A stretch of DNA of 64,000 nt from Longimicrobiales bacterium (GCA_965202805.1 OZ241869.1:128001-192000), one strand, 5' to 3'; counted from the stretch's first letter, positions 37,651 to 49,356 are shown. Made by a program: numbers and translations. Notes: a model not told the origin generated them from the letters alone.

Positions 37651-37675
37651 CGGAAAACTCCGGTTGTGAAAGTCC

Positions 37676-39301
37676 TCAGTTCGATCCCGGGGTCTCCTGC
37701 CGGTCCTCCTCGGAAACCGGCCGCGAGAGCGTGGGATACCGGATCCCCAACTGCTCAAGATACGTCTCGAAGCGGGTTTCGTCATAGTAGAACTGCTCGA
37801 GGAGCGGACGATACGCGTCCATGATCTCCTTGTTGAGATCGATGGGTGGCGGGTCGTCGGGGCCGATGAAGGGAATATACTCCATGGCCGCGGTCTGTTC
37901 CTCCCGGAAGTAGGTCCACGCGTCGTCAACCAGCTCCGGTTGGGCGAAGAGCTGGAGCGCGGTGCGGGCCATGACGCGCGCACCGGCGACCGCACCCTTG
38001 TGCGCGATCGGGGTCGCCATCGCCATGGCGCTCGACCAGTGGTGGCCCGGAAGCCCCGGCACGTTGGACGGGAAGCGCAGGGTCACCGTGGGCACGTTCC
38101 ACGAGATGTCGCCGATGTCGTCGGATCCACCGCTCCGGCGCGGCCCCGGCTCGCCCAGGGGCGACAGGCCGATCGGCATCCCCGACGGGACGCTTCCCAC
38201 CGATTCCTGCACCGCGCTCGCGAAGTCGTGGTCGTCGTCGGTCCACTCCGGAAGCCCGACCTCCTGGATGTGTTCGTACATCGTCTCGGCGACCACCCTG
38301 TTGAAGTGCCGGGGCCAGGCGGCGCCGATGATCCGGTACGACATCTCGGTGTCGGTCATCATGGCCGCGCCTTCGGCGATGCGGATGGCGGTATCGAAGT
38401 TGCGCTTGATGTCCTCGTAGTCCATCTCGCGGATGAAATACCATACCGAGGCGCTCGGCGGCACGACGTTCGGCTGATCGCCGCCGTCGCTGATTACATA
38501 GTGGGAGCGCTGGTCGGGCCGCAGGTGCTCGCGCCGGAAGTTCCACGCGACGTTCATCAGCTCGACCGCGTCGAGCGCGCTGCGGCCCCGCCAGGGAGCG
38601 CCCGCGCCGTGCGCCGCCTCGCCCGCGAAGGTGAACTCCACGGAGACGAGCCCCGTTCCGCCGCCCTGTCCCCAGCTCACCGACAGGTTGCTGCTGACGT
38701 GGGTGAAGATGGTGATGTCGATGTTCTCGAGATAGCCGTCACGCACGTACCAGGCCTTCGAGGCCAGCTGCTCCTCGGCAACGCCGGGCCAGAGCACCAG
38801 AGTGCCCTCGATGCCCTCCGCCTCCATGACGTCCTTGAGCGCGAGCGCCGCCACCACGTTCACGGCCTGTCCGGAGTTGTGGCCCTCGCCGTGACCGGGG
38901 GCGCCGGGAATCAGCGGATCGTGATAGGCTACGCCGGGCTTCTGGTTGGCCTTGGGGATGCCGTCGATGTCGGACCCGAAGGAGATGACCGGCCTGCCGC
39001 TCCCCCAGCGAGCGAACCAGGCGGTCGGGATGCCCGAGGGTGCGCGCTCGATGGTGAAGCCGTTCTCCTCGAGGATCCCCGTAATGTAGGCCGAGGTCTC
39101 GATCTCCTGCTGCCCCAGCTCGGAGAAGGAGAAGATCTTGTCGACCATGACCTGGGCGAGCTTGGCGCGCTCGAGAACGCCCTCTTCCACCCGGGCCACG
39201 AGAGGCTCGAGTTCCTCGTCGGAAAGGCGCTGGGTGGCCGCCAGGACGGCGGGGGTGAAGAGAAGCGCGACCAGCGTCGCTCCGAACATTCGTTTAGCCA
39301 T
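37676..39301 (-). CDS. Secreted M20 amidohydrolase, AbgB-like
   Basis: ELGQQEIETS, GHGEGHN, AEE, GRSALDAVELM, QPNVVP, GSDDIGDISW. Confidence 0.88.
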   Translation of the reverse strand: MAKRMFGATLVALLFTPAVLAATQRLSDEELEPLVARVEEGVLERAKLAQVMVDKIFSFSELGQQEIETSAYITGILEENGFTIERAPSGIPTAWFARWGSGRPVISFGSDIDGIPKANQKPGVAYHDPLIPGAPGHGEGHNSGQAVNVVAALALKDVMEAEGIEGTLVLWPGVAEEQLASKAWYVRDGYLENIDITIFTHVSSNLSVSWGQGGGTGLVSVEFTFAGEAAHGAGAPWRGRSALDAVELMNVAWNFRREHLRPDQRSHYVISDGGDQPNVVPPSASVWYFIREMDYEDIKRNFDTAIRIAEGAAMMTDTEMSYRIIGAAWPRHFNRVVAETMYEHIQEVGLPEWTDDDHDFASAVQESVGSVPSGMPIGLSPLGEPGPRRSGGSDDIGDISWNVPTVTLRFPSNVPGLPGHHWSSAMAMATPIAHKGAVAGARVMARTALQLFAQPELVDDAWTYFREEQTAAMEYIPFIGPDDPPPIDLNKEIMDAYRPLLEQFYYDETRFETYLEQLGIRYPTLSRPVSEEDRQETPGSN

Positions 39302-39458
39302 TGACGCACCGGAAGGAATGAGATCGGAAGACGAAGGAACCCTGCAACATAAGCGCGGGCGGCCCGAGTCGGAAAGTGCGCTGCGATTCGCCGGGCGAAG
39401 CCGGCCAGCCATGCGTGGGAGAGGGGCCCGCCGGCGATGCGTGCGCGGTGCCGGGAGC

Positions 39459-41654
39459 CTATCCGGCGAACAGATCCCGGAGGCGGACGCTCATCCGGAA
39501 CCGGCGTTCGATGATGCCCTGCCACCCTTCCGGACGGGCGTCGAAGAGGTTGTCGACGCCGGCGAGGAACTCGAGGTGGCCGGCCACGGGCAGCGCTGTC
39601 TGCAGGTCGACGGCGACAAATCGGGCTTGAGTGCCGAGCGGGGCCGCGGCGCCGTCCGGCCGGGTCTGTACGATCGGCGCGCTGCCGGTGAGGTGGGCGG
39701 TCGCATCCATGCGCAGCCCCGAGAGAGACTCCGCGGTCCACGTCACTCTCGCGCGGGCCGAGTGCGTTGCGCGCCGATCCAGCGGAAGGCCGGAATCGGC
39801 CTCGTGGGCGTCCAGATATGCGTAACCGGCGGAGAGACTGCCATCCTTCCACAGCCAGCGCAGGCCGAACTCGAAGCCCTGGGTGACGGCGTTCGCCACG
39901 TTGCGTGGGGAGAAGATGAGCAGCCCGCTGGGCGCGTGTCCGACGAAGCCGGACTCGATGAGGTTCTCGATCCGGTTGGCGTAGACTTCGGCATCGATCA
40001 CCAGGCTTTCCTGCAGCTGCCACTCCGCGCCGCCGGAAAGGCTCCAGGAGCGTTCGGGCTCGAGATCCGCGTATCCCTGAATCATGTAGCCGGCGGCCAG
40101 GTTGGCGTAGTTCCAGCCGAGCTCCTTGAAGGAGGGCGCCCGGAAGCCCTGGGCGAGGGCGACCCGCAGGCGGAGCTTGTCGGCGACGGAGCGCGTCAGC
40201 CCGAGCGAAGGCGCGAGGTTCGATCCCCAGCGGCTGTTGCGGGTGAAGCGGGCGCCGCCGCTCAGGATCGTGGCTCCGAGCCGCCAGGCGTCCTGCGCGA
40301 AGAAGGCGAGCTGGTCGTCTCCGGCCCGGTCTTCGACCAGTTTGTCGGGCGAGCGGATTGAGCGGGTCGCGCCCTCCACGCCCAGATCGAAGTCATGATC
40401 GCCCAATGTGGCGGAATAGCCCGCCGTCGCCTTCAGCAGCCGCTCCCACTGGGCGTTGTCGCGGTCTCCGGCGATCGGGGCGTCGCCGCGGGCACTGCGG
40501 TAGAGGTGTTCGTAGTCCTGGGCGAAGACGGTTGCGCTCAGTTCTCCGGTCCCGGCGCGGCGGCGCGTCTCCAGCAGACCCGACAGGCCGCTGTTGTCGT
40601 TGAAGCCCGAGAATCCGCCCCCCACCGGCCATCGCTGGCGCTCGCGCAGGTAGGTGAGCCCGCCGCGCATCTCCCAGTCGTCGGCTACCTCGAGACGGAG
40701 GCGGGAGCGCAGGTCCCAGACGCGGGCGAAGGCGTCCTGGTCGCCGGTGACGAGTCCCGGCACGCGGTCTTCCTGGCGCCAGCCCCCCGTGACGCTGTAG
40801 CGAAGACGTCCGCCTCCGCTCGCGGTCGCTTCCGCTTCCTGCCGGCCGGCTCCGCCCGAAAGCGCGCGCGCGTCGAGGCGGAAACCCGAGACCGGCAGTC
40901 CGGTGATGACGTTGACCACGCCTCCGAGCGCGTCCGATCCGTAGAGGGACGAGAGCGGGCCCTTCACGATCTCCACCCGCTCGGTGCCGGCGAGCGACAA
41001 GCGGCTGAGGTCGCGGTTCTCGATGAGGGCTCCGGTGACCGGCTGACCGTCCAGAAGGACCAGTACGCGCGCACCGCCGATGCCCCGGATGAGGAGGTTT
41101 GCTCCCGTCGGCGCGCCGGCGCTCAGCTGCACCCCCGGCAGCTCCTCGAGCAGCCGGTCGGCCGAAGGTGCGCCGGCCGCGACGATCTCGCCGGCCTCGA
41201 TGGTCTCGATGGGCACCGCGATCTCGGACCGGCGCCGGGCCCGCGGGCTGGCCGTGACCACCACTTCGTCCAGCGCGAGCGGATCGCGCACGAGCGCGAC
41301 GCGCCACCCTGCGGCCTCGGCCTCCCGCCAGGTCAGGGTGCGTGCGGCGTACCCGAGAGCCAGGACCTCGACGGTGCCCTCGGGACCCCAGAGTCCAGGT
41401 ACCGCGAAGGCCCCGGACGCGTCGGTCACGGGGCCCCGGACCCCCGCATCCCGGGAGGAGGCCGCTTCCACCGCTCCCGCCGGCGCCCAACTGACGACGG
41501 CATCGGGGATGGGCGCCCCGGAATCCCGGTCGTAGACGCGTCCGTCCGCGCCGTCGGCGGGCGCAGCCGGGTCTTGGCCCAGCGAGGGAACCGGCGTAAC
41601 GGCGCAGGCGAAGCCGATCGCCGCGATCACCCCTGCCCGGGTGGCGATGTTCAC
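39459..41654 (-). CDS. TonB-dependent outer-membrane receptor, HmuR-like
   Basis: LDEVVVTA, RVEIVKGPLSSLYGSDALGGVVNVIT plug, FRAPSFKEL, GVDNLFD; GTG start overlaps the hmuY stop (GTGA). Confidence 0.88.
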   Translation of the reverse strand: MNIATRAGVIAAIGFACAVTPVPSLGQDPAAPADGADGRVYDRDSGAPIPDAVVSWAPAGAVEAASSRDAGVRGPVTDASGAFAVPGLWGPEGTVEVLALGYAARTLTWREAEAAGWRVALVRDPLALDEVVVTASPRARRRSEIAVPIETIEAGEIVAAGAPSADRLLEELPGVQLSAGAPTGANLLIRGIGGARVLVLLDGQPVTGALIENRDLSRLSLAGTERVEIVKGPLSSLYGSDALGGVVNVITGLPVSGFRLDARALSGGAGRQEAEATASGGGRLRYSVTGGWRQEDRVPGLVTGDQDAFARVWDLRSRLRLEVADDWEMRGGLTYLRERQRWPVGGGFSGFNDNSGLSGLLETRRRAGTGELSATVFAQDYEHLYRSARGDAPIAGDRDNAQWERLLKATAGYSATLGDHDFDLGVEGATRSIRSPDKLVEDRAGDDQLAFFAQDAWRLGATILSGGARFTRNSRWGSNLAPSLGLTRSVADKLRLRVALAQGFRAPSFKELGWNYANLAAGYMIQGYADLEPERSWSLSGGAEWQLQESLVIDAEVYANRIENLIESGFVGHAPSGLLIFSPRNVANAVTQGFEFGLRWLWKDGSLSAGYAYLDAHEADSGLPLDRRATHSARARVTWTAESLSGLRMDATAHLTGSAPIVQTRPDGAAAPLGTQARFVAVDLQTALPVAGHLEFLAGVDNLFDARPEGWQGIIERRFRMSVRLRDLFAG

Positions 41655-42739
41655 CTGAGCCGCTGGAACCTCACGGATGGGAATCCCGATGTGCCGGTGG
41701 CGTTGTAGTAGTCGAACACCTGCACCTTGTAGACCTCCTGACCCGCGGCAACCAGGAATACGTTGTACGTTGGCCACATGCGGTTGTTCTCCTGGATCCC
41801 GTACCAGAAGGTTCCTGCGGCGTCATCCACGCCGGCGGGGAAGGCGCCCGAGATCACCGACAGGAAGTCGGCGTAGTCCGGTGCGTCGTCCGCCCGGGCC
41901 TGTGCGTTGAAGTCCTGCGTGGCGTCGAGCGGGAAGGTCCCCGCTCCGCAGGCCCCGTTGATCAGAATGCTGAACTCGGGAGAGATGCCGATGTCCCAGT
42001 CACAGCTGTCGGGCCGGGGCATGTCGGCCCCGGCGAAGCCCACGAACGCCGGACCGCGGGACAGGTCGGCGACTGCCGTCTGCGAGGCTCCCAGCGCGCC
42101 ACCGGGGTCCTGACGGCGGTATTCGATCTCGACGCCCAGCGGCCGCTGCCCCTGCATCCGGATCGCCGAGACCCGGAAGAGCGCGAATCCCCGGTCGCTG
42201 CTCTCCCGCACCTTCCACGCCGCGCCCGGATTGGCCACCAACGTGCCCGATTGTCCATCGAACCGGAACCACGAAGCGCCGGGATCGGGCGCCAGACCGT
42301 CTTCCACGAAGGATGACGCGGCCGGGATGTCCGCCTCGGTGACCGCTTCGAACGATGCCCGTCCCTCGTCGGCGGTCAGCGCGGCGACCTGCTCTGCGGC
42401 CATGCCGCCGTTGTTCTCGAGATTGTAACCCGCCACGGAGCCCGGACCCGCGACGCCGCCGTTCAACCGTACGGAAAAGCGCCGGAACGCCATGTGCCAG
42501 TCGGTGGACGCGGTCGGATCGGCCGGGGTGACCAGGGCACCTTCAGCGAGGTTCAGGTAGACGAAATCGACAGGCGAGGAAGCGTCGAGAGAAACCTCGC
42601 CTTCCTCGAAGATCTCTTCCTCCTCCGGGGCTGCAACCTCGGATTCGCACGCCGCGAGGCAGAGCAGGAGCGGGAGGAGGGCGATGACTTCAATGCGGGC
42701 GCGCGCGTGCTTGCCCGGATTTAAAGGTCTGTCGGACAT
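41651..42739 (-). CDS. hmuY: HmuY-family lipoprotein, apparently two HmuY-like domains
   Basis: Lipobox LAAC; DWHMAFRRFSVRLNGG, DWDIG, YKVQVFDYY...SGFPSVRF. Confidence 0.8.
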   Translation of the reverse strand: MSDRPLNPGKHARARIEVIALLPLLLCLAACESEVAAPEEEEIFEEGEVSLDASSPVDFVYLNLAEGALVTPADPTASTDWHMAFRRFSVRLNGGVAGPGSVAGYNLENNGGMAAEQVAALTADEGRASFEAVTEADIPAASSFVEDGLAPDPGASWFRFDGQSGTLVANPGAAWKVRESSDRGFALFRVSAIRMQGQRPLGVEIEYRRQDPGGALGASQTAVADLSRGPAFVGFAGADMPRPDSCDWDIGISPEFSILINGACGAGTFPLDATQDFNAQARADDAPDYADFLSVISGAFPAGVDDAAGTFWYGIQENNRMWPTYNVFLVAAGQEVYKVQVFDYYNATGTSGFPSVRFQRLR

Positions 42740-42845
42740 GGGTAGGTCCTTGAGTGGCTGTTGACACAGGGAGAGAGATGCGTTGCCCGGGATTACATCA
42801 GCAGGCGCCGTGCCGCGAAAACCGGGGGGCGTGTTGCGCGATCCG

Positions 42846-43859
42846 CTATCGTCGCAGGGGGGGCCACCTGAACGAGCGACGATCGTCTTTCGTCACGGCG
42901 GAGCACGGTCCGAGCGTCGAAACGAAGCCGGCCGCGCAGAAGACTGCCGAACCGCGAACGGCCACCCAGTCCCCAACCAGACGGTGCGGGAGGAGACCGT
43001 CGGTGCCGACGTAGTCGAGCCCCTCCAGCACCTCGGCGTAAGGTCCGAATCCGTAGACGCGGTAGGGTATGACGACCACCTGGTCCCACTGTTCGTTCAT
43101 CCGTGACACGGTCGCCCGGATTTCCCGTTCCGCCCTGGCTCGCGCTTCCGCCCAATCCTCCCTCAGGGCGGCGACCTGAACCTGGCCGTAACCGCTGACG
43201 CGCAATCCTTCGGCGCTGTGTTCCATGGCTTCGAGCAGACGCCGGTTCTCGTCCTCGGCGCCCATCCCGTGAGCGATCAGCAGCACGGCCGTGGTCGCCG
43301 GGTCGGGTGAGGAGTCATTGGCCCGGCCGAGGACGATGCCGTTCACCTGGTCCGAGCCCGCCATTCCGGCCATGTCCAGCAGGACCCGGGAATCGGTCCT
43401 GAGGAGAGGCAGCTCGGAGCCGGCCACCATGCGATGTCCCATCATCGCACGCGCGGGTGGATCCGGACGCAGGCCAAAGAGGAACTTGGTCTGGTGCAGG
43501 AAGGAGGCACCCGACAGAAACAGCCTCACAACCGCGACGGTGCTCGCCCCCTGGGCTTCGAGCTCATCCAGCGCCGCCTGCAGCGTGTGGGGATTCGCCA
43601 TGCCGAAGGCCACCGCCACCGGGATGCGCTCGCGCAGCTCGGAGACGGAGGCGTTGACGTGTTCGTTCCACTCCTCGCCGCCGCCGTGCGCCATGACGAG
43701 CACGCCCGGGTTGCCCTCGGCTTGCGTGGCGGAGGTCTCCGGGGCGGTGGGAGCAGGGGATGAGGAGGGAGAGGCCTGGGGCGTCGACATGCAGCCGCCG
43801 GCCAGCGAGAGCACCGCGAGGGCGGACAACAGGACAGTCGCACCGGATGGACGAGGCAT
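42846..43859 (-). CDS. CbiX/SirB-like class II chelatase-fold lipoprotein
   Basis: Lipobox AGGC; VLVMAHGG, VAFGMA, VVRLFLS, LLIAHG (two-domain chelatase pattern). Confidence 0.75.
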   Translation of the reverse strand: MPRPSGATVLLSALAVLSLAGGCMSTPQASPSSSPAPTAPETSATQAEGNPGVLVMAHGGGEEWNEHVNASVSELRERIPVAVAFGMANPHTLQAALDELEAQGASTVAVVRLFLSGASFLHQTKFLFGLRPDPPARAMMGHRMVAGSELPLLRTDSRVLLDMAGMAGSDQVNGIVLGRANDSSPDPATTAVLLIAHGMGAEDENRRLLEAMEHSAEGLRVSGYGQVQVAALREDWAEARARAEREIRATVSRMNEQWDQVVVIPYRVYGFGPYAEVLEGLDYVGTDGLLPHRLVGDWVAVRGSAVFCAAGFVSTLGPCSAVTKDDRRSFRWPPLRR

Positions 43860-43887
43860 CGGGTGTCTCCGCAAGGATGTATGGGAA

Positions 43888-43947
43888 TGAGAATCAGTCT
43901 CAACTTCCGCGTGGAGCAATGCTAGGGACGCCGGGGGCGGGCGTCAA
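43888..43947 (-). promoter_or_regulatory. sigma70 promoter with a downstream Fur-like box
   Basis: TGAGAAT-C-AGTCTCA 7-1-7 near-palindrome at 43888-43902; minus strand TTGACG(43947-43942)-17-TAGCAT(43924-43919). Confidence 0.75.
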
Positions 43948-43977
43948 CCCTCGTCGATTCGCGGAATGCGCGGAGCG

Positions 43978-44990
<1,013 letters not shown>

Positions 44991-44994
<4 letters not shown>

Positions 44995-46484
44995 GGCGTT
45001 GCCCCGGGTTCCGCGTTTGAACCGCTGGCGATTCGTGTTTGAACGGCTTCGGTTCCGAATCGCTCGATGGCTCGCAGCGTCTCGCGCACGTCGGTCCAGG
45101 TGGTCGTGTGATTGAGGATGCACATCCGCAGCGCGAAACGTCCCGCGAGACGCGTTGACGACATGAATGCGCGGTCCTCCCAGAAAACCCGGGCGAGCAC
45201 CGTGCGGTTGATCTCCTCCAGGGATTGCTCGTTCAGCCCGGCGTTGCGGGGGTTGACCCGGAAGCACACGATCCCCAGCGATGCGGGGCTCAGAATCTCC
45301 AGAACCGGGCTCGCGCCGATGTACTCCTCCGCCTGGTCGGCCAGTTGCATCCCCCGCGATACCGCGCGCCGGAACGCGGCCATGCCGAAGGTCTGAACCG
45401 AGACCCAGATCTTCAGCGCCCGCACCGAGCGGCTGAGTTGCAGGCCGCGGTCGGAGAAATTCGGGTGATCCGACCCCCATATGGTGTCCTGCAACATGTC
45501 GTGGGGAACCGCGAACGCGTTCTCCAGCGTCGTCACGTCCTTCACCATGAGGCAGCCCGCCTCGTACGGCTGGAAGAACCATTTGTGCGCATCCAGTGCG
45601 ATCGAGTCGGCCCGCTCGATCCCGCGCAACAGCTTCTCCCCCCTTCCGGTCACGATCGCGAAGCCTCCGTAGGAGGCGTCGACGTGGAGCCAGATGCCTT
45701 CCGCCTCGCAGTAGTCCGCCATCGCTTCGAGCGGATCGATGGCGCCGGTGCTGCCCGTTCCTGCGTTCGCGCACACCGCAACGGGATTGAATCCCGCGGC
45801 ACGATCGGCGGCCACGGCCTGTGCAAGAGCATCCATATCCAGGCGCAACCCCTCGTCGCTCGGAAGCTGCCGGATGCACTCCGGCCGAACGCCGACGATT
45901 CTGGCTGCGCGGGTCTGGGCGCTGTGGCCCTGGTCGCTCATGTACACGGTGGCCCGCTGCGGATGGCCCGCGCTGTCGCGCGCCGCGACCAGACCGTTCA
46001 GCGCTGCCGCAGAGCCTCCGCTCGTCAGGATCCCGCCCGCACCCTCGGGATAACCAAGCCAGTTGCGGACCCACTCGAGGACGACCAGTTCAACCTGGCT
46101 GGGACCGCTGGCGACCAGCCAGCTGCATGCGTTGGCGCTGTACCCGGAGACGAGAAAGTCGGCGAGCACGCCTGGCCAGGTGGGCGATGACGGGATGAAC
46201 CCGAAGCACCGCGGGTGGTCGAGACGCAGTGCCAGCGGGAGGATCTCGCCCGCGGCTCTCTCAAGCACCTCCCCGCCCGGAAGGCCGTGTTCGGGCGGCT
46301 CCACCATCAGTCGGTCGAGCCCCTGCTTGAACTCCCCGTCCCACGCGCGCTCGGAAGGCAGGCCCGTGATCCGCTTCACCAGCAGTGCGGCGGTCTCGTG
46401 CGCCAGGGCGAGCATCTCCTCCGGCGACATCTGGAGGGCGTTGCGCGGCTCGCGGGAACTCTGTTCGGGGCTGGACGGGGTCAC
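44991..46484 (-). CDS. Group II PLP-dependent (aromatic amino acid/glutamate-type) decarboxylase
   Basis: [41 protein letters not shown]. Confidence 0.9.
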
Positions 46485-46527
46485 GATGCGAGAAGTCCGG
46501 GGTTGCGGGTGCGATGGCAGGATGGGC

Positions 46528-47724
46528 TCACGGGGGAGTGTAGCTTGCCTCTACCCACGAACCGGCGCGGTGGCTCCGGATGGCGGCATCGATGAAGTGA
46601 ATGCCGTGGGCGCCGTCACGGACGGTGGGGAAGTCGGGCTGCGGGTCCTCTTCACCGTCGTCCGGTGAGCGGCGGCCCACCGGCCCGGGCCCGCCACCCG
46701 CACGGCCCCGCGCCCGCACCGCCCGCGCGACTTCCCGGTAGAGGTTCGCGAACGCCTCCACGAAGCCCTCCGGGTGGCCGCCGGGCAGGCGGGTGGCGGC
46801 CGCGGCGGTGGGAGCGCGGGTTCCCGCGGCGCGGTGCACCACCTCGACCGAGCCGTCGGCCCGCAGCAGGCGCAGGCGGTTCGGCTCCTCCTGGCTCCAG
46901 TCGAGCCCGCCCTCGCTGCCGTAGACGCGCAGCCGCAGGTGGTTGCGCTCGCCGGTGGCGATCTGGGAGGCCATGAGCACGCCCCGCACCCCGCCGTCGA
47001 GCTCAAGCAGCACGGCTGCGTCGTCGTGCGCGACCCGGCCCGCCACCACGGTGCCCAGGTCGGCGAACAGGCGCCGCACCTCCAGGCCGGTCACGTAGCG
47101 GAGCAGGTGGTGCGCGTGGGAGCCGATGTCCCCCAGCACCGCGGACGGCCCCCCGCGCGCGGGATCCGCCCTCCACTCCGCCTGCTTGTGTCCCTCCGTC
47201 TCCAGCAGCTCCGCCAGCCATCCCTGCGCATACTCGACCACGACCTTGCGCACCTGCCCGATGGCGCCGCCACGAACTCGCGCGCGCGCTTCCCTGACCA
47301 GCGGGTAGCCGGAATAGTTGTAGGTCACCGCGAAGACGAGGCCGGTCGACGCGGCCAGGCGGCACAGGTCGTCGGCTTCCTCCACCGTCAGCGCCAGCGG
47401 CTTGTCGCAGATGACGTGCATGCCTCCTTCCATGAAAGCGCGCGCGACCGGATGATGCAGGTGGTTCGGGGTGACGATCACCGCCGCGTGGATGCGCTCA
47501 CCGTGAGGGAGGGCCGCCTCGCCTCGCGCCATCGCCTGCCACGATCCGTAGGCGCGATCCGCCGCCAGTCCCAGCCGGGCTCCAGTCCCTCGCGCCATCT
47601 CCGCGTCCGCCGAAAACGCGCCCGCGCAGAGTCGCCATTCGCCGTCGAGGGCGGCTGCCATGCGGTGCACCGGGCCTATGAAGGCGCCTGGTCCGCCTCC
47701 GACCATGCCGTAGCGGAGGGTCAA
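46528..47724 (-). CDS. Gfo/Idh/MocA oxidoreductase
   Basis: MVGGGPGAFIG, TPNHLH, CDKP, DIGSH, GHPEGF. Confidence 0.9.
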   Translation of the reverse strand: MTLRYGMVGGGPGAFIGPVHRMAAALDGEWRLCAGAFSADAEMARGTGARLGLAADRAYGSWQAMARGEAALPHGERIHAAVIVTPNHLHHPVARAFMEGGMHVICDKPLALTVEEADDLCRLAASTGLVFAVTYNYSGYPLVREARARVRGGAIGQVRKVVVEYAQGWLAELLETEGHKQAEWRADPARGGPSAVLGDIGSHAHHLLRYVTGLEVRRLFADLGTVVAGRVAHDDAAVLLELDGGVRGVLMASQIATGERNHLRLRVYGSEGGLDWSQEEPNRLRLLRADGSVEVVHRAAGTRAPTAAAATRLPGGHPEGFVEAFANLYREVARAVRARGRAGGGPGPVGRRSPDDGEEDPQPDFPTVRDGAHGIHFIDAAIRSHRAGSWVEASYTPP

Positions 47725-47839
47725 GGCCGTCCTCCTCCATGCGGTGGACGCTCGTCTTCGGAAGCGCGCGGCCCGGCTCGATGCCGCGTGCCGGCCTCAC
47801 CGAGCCGGCGGGTTGGCCTGGCGCGGGCGGCGCGTGGGT

Positions 47840-49330
47840 TCATCCCGGCTCCGCGATCCGCCGCGCCCGGTATCCGCCCTGCCTGCGGGCACGCGCCCGC
47901 ATCACTCCGAAAATCACTACCAGGATGGCGCACAGCGGCACCAGATAGCGGAACGAGATGCGTCCCCCGAAGTTGTCCGCCGGACCGAGGATCGCCTGTG
48001 CATCCCCGGTGAGCCCTTGGCCTGCCCCGGAATCGATGATCTGCCGGAGCGCGTTGGCGGTGGCGGGGGAGGGCAGGGCGCCCGCCGACCGGTATTCGTT
48101 CACCACATCTGCGGCCGCGGAGCGGGCGGCGCTCGCATCGGGTCCCGGCACGGCCGCCAGCTCGCCGTCGGCGCGTTCGAACAGCGCCACCACCTCAACC
48201 ACCGGCAGCTGGTCGTGGGCGTACACGTCGGCCACCCGGCCCATCTGGGGCGCGGTCACCAGCCCGGTGGTCGCCATCCCCACCGCCCCCATCAGCCCCA
48301 GGCCCAGTGCGCCGCTCTTCGGCACGCGCTCCGAGACCACGCCCAGCATGGTGGGCCAGATGTAGCAGATGCCCACCGCGTAGACCGTCGCGGTAAGGAA
48401 GACCGCGGCCGCGCCCGACGCGTAGCTGAAGGCGAGCAGCCCGACCCCGGTCAGGGCCGCGGACACGAGCAGCACCCCCGGCGGCGCGAGCCGGTGCACG
48501 ACCGCCCCCGCCCGGTGGCGCAGCACCGCCATGAGGCCGTTGATCCACACCAGAACCAGGATGCCCGGGATGCCCCCCGCCTCCAGCACCGCCGGGACCC
48601 AGCGGGTAGGGCCGATCTCGATGGACGCCGTCATCGTCATTGCGAACAGCATGAGCAGCATGAACGGCGTGGTAAGCGCGGCGCGGAACATCTCGCCCAC
48701 CGAAACGCCCGCCTGCACCCCTTCCGTGGGCGGAAACTGCTCCCGCAGCAGCAGGCGGCCGTAGACCAGGGTCGGGATGACGATCAGCGCGATCTTCACC
48801 CGCCACTCCCCGAGGATCTCCAGCCCCCCAGAGAAGGCCGCCAGCTGATCCAGCCCGAACGCGGCCAGTCCTCCGAGCACGATCCCGCCCGGGAACCAGA
48901 CGTGGAAGTTGTTCAGCTTGACGGTCTTGTTGCCCGGGTAGAGCGCCGCCACCAGGGGGTTGCACGCCGCTTCCACCAGCCCGTTTCCCATGGAGATGAT
49001 CAGCGCACCGGTGAAGAGATGCGCGAAGCTCCCTCCGAGGATCAGCGTGATCGTGCCGATCAGGTGCGCCGCGAACGCCGTGCGCAGGAGGGTGCGGAAA
49101 CCCAGCGTGTCGGCCAGCGGCGCGAAGACCACCTGCGAGAGCGCGAAGCCCCAGAGGGCCGCGCCCCCGATCCAGCCCACCTGCTCGTTGGTGAGCACGA
49201 ACTCGTTCTTGAGGTCGAGCATGACGGCGCCCACCGTCGCGAAGGCGACCGATGTGGCGATGAGGGCGACGCAGCTGCCCCGGAAGAGGCGTTCGGCGTT
49301 CGCCGATGGGCGGGTGTCGGATGGGGCCAT
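47840..49330 (-). CDS. MFS sugar transporter
   Basis: Many TM helices; GNGLVEAACNPLV, FHVWFPGG, WPTMLG. Confidence 0.88.
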   Translation of the reverse strand: MAPSDTRPSANAERLFRGSCVALIATSVAFATVGAVMLDLKNEFVLTNEQVGWIGGAALWGFALSQVVFAPLADTLGFRTLLRTAFAAHLIGTITLILGGSFAHLFTGALIISMGNGLVEAACNPLVAALYPGNKTVKLNNFHVWFPGGIVLGGLAAFGLDQLAAFSGGLEILGEWRVKIALIVIPTLVYGRLLLREQFPPTEGVQAGVSVGEMFRAALTTPFMLLMLFAMTMTASIEIGPTRWVPAVLEAGGIPGILVLVWINGLMAVLRHRAGAVVHRLAPPGVLLVSAALTGVGLLAFSYASGAAAVFLTATVYAVGICYIWPTMLGVVSERVPKSGALGLGLMGAVGMATTGLVTAPQMGRVADVYAHDQLPVVEVVALFERADGELAAVPGPDASAARSAAADVVNEYRSAGALPSPATANALRQIIDSGAGQGLTGDAQAILGPADNFGGRISFRYLVPLCAILVVIFGVMRARARRQGGYRARRIAEPG

Positions 49331-49356
49331 GGCGTGGTTCTGGTTGAGAGGGCCGG

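Noticed and set aside
42740..43975. Cobalamin riboswitch before the chelatase/HmuY/receptor genes
   Set aside because: No B12-box consensus seen; a Fur-like box is present instead
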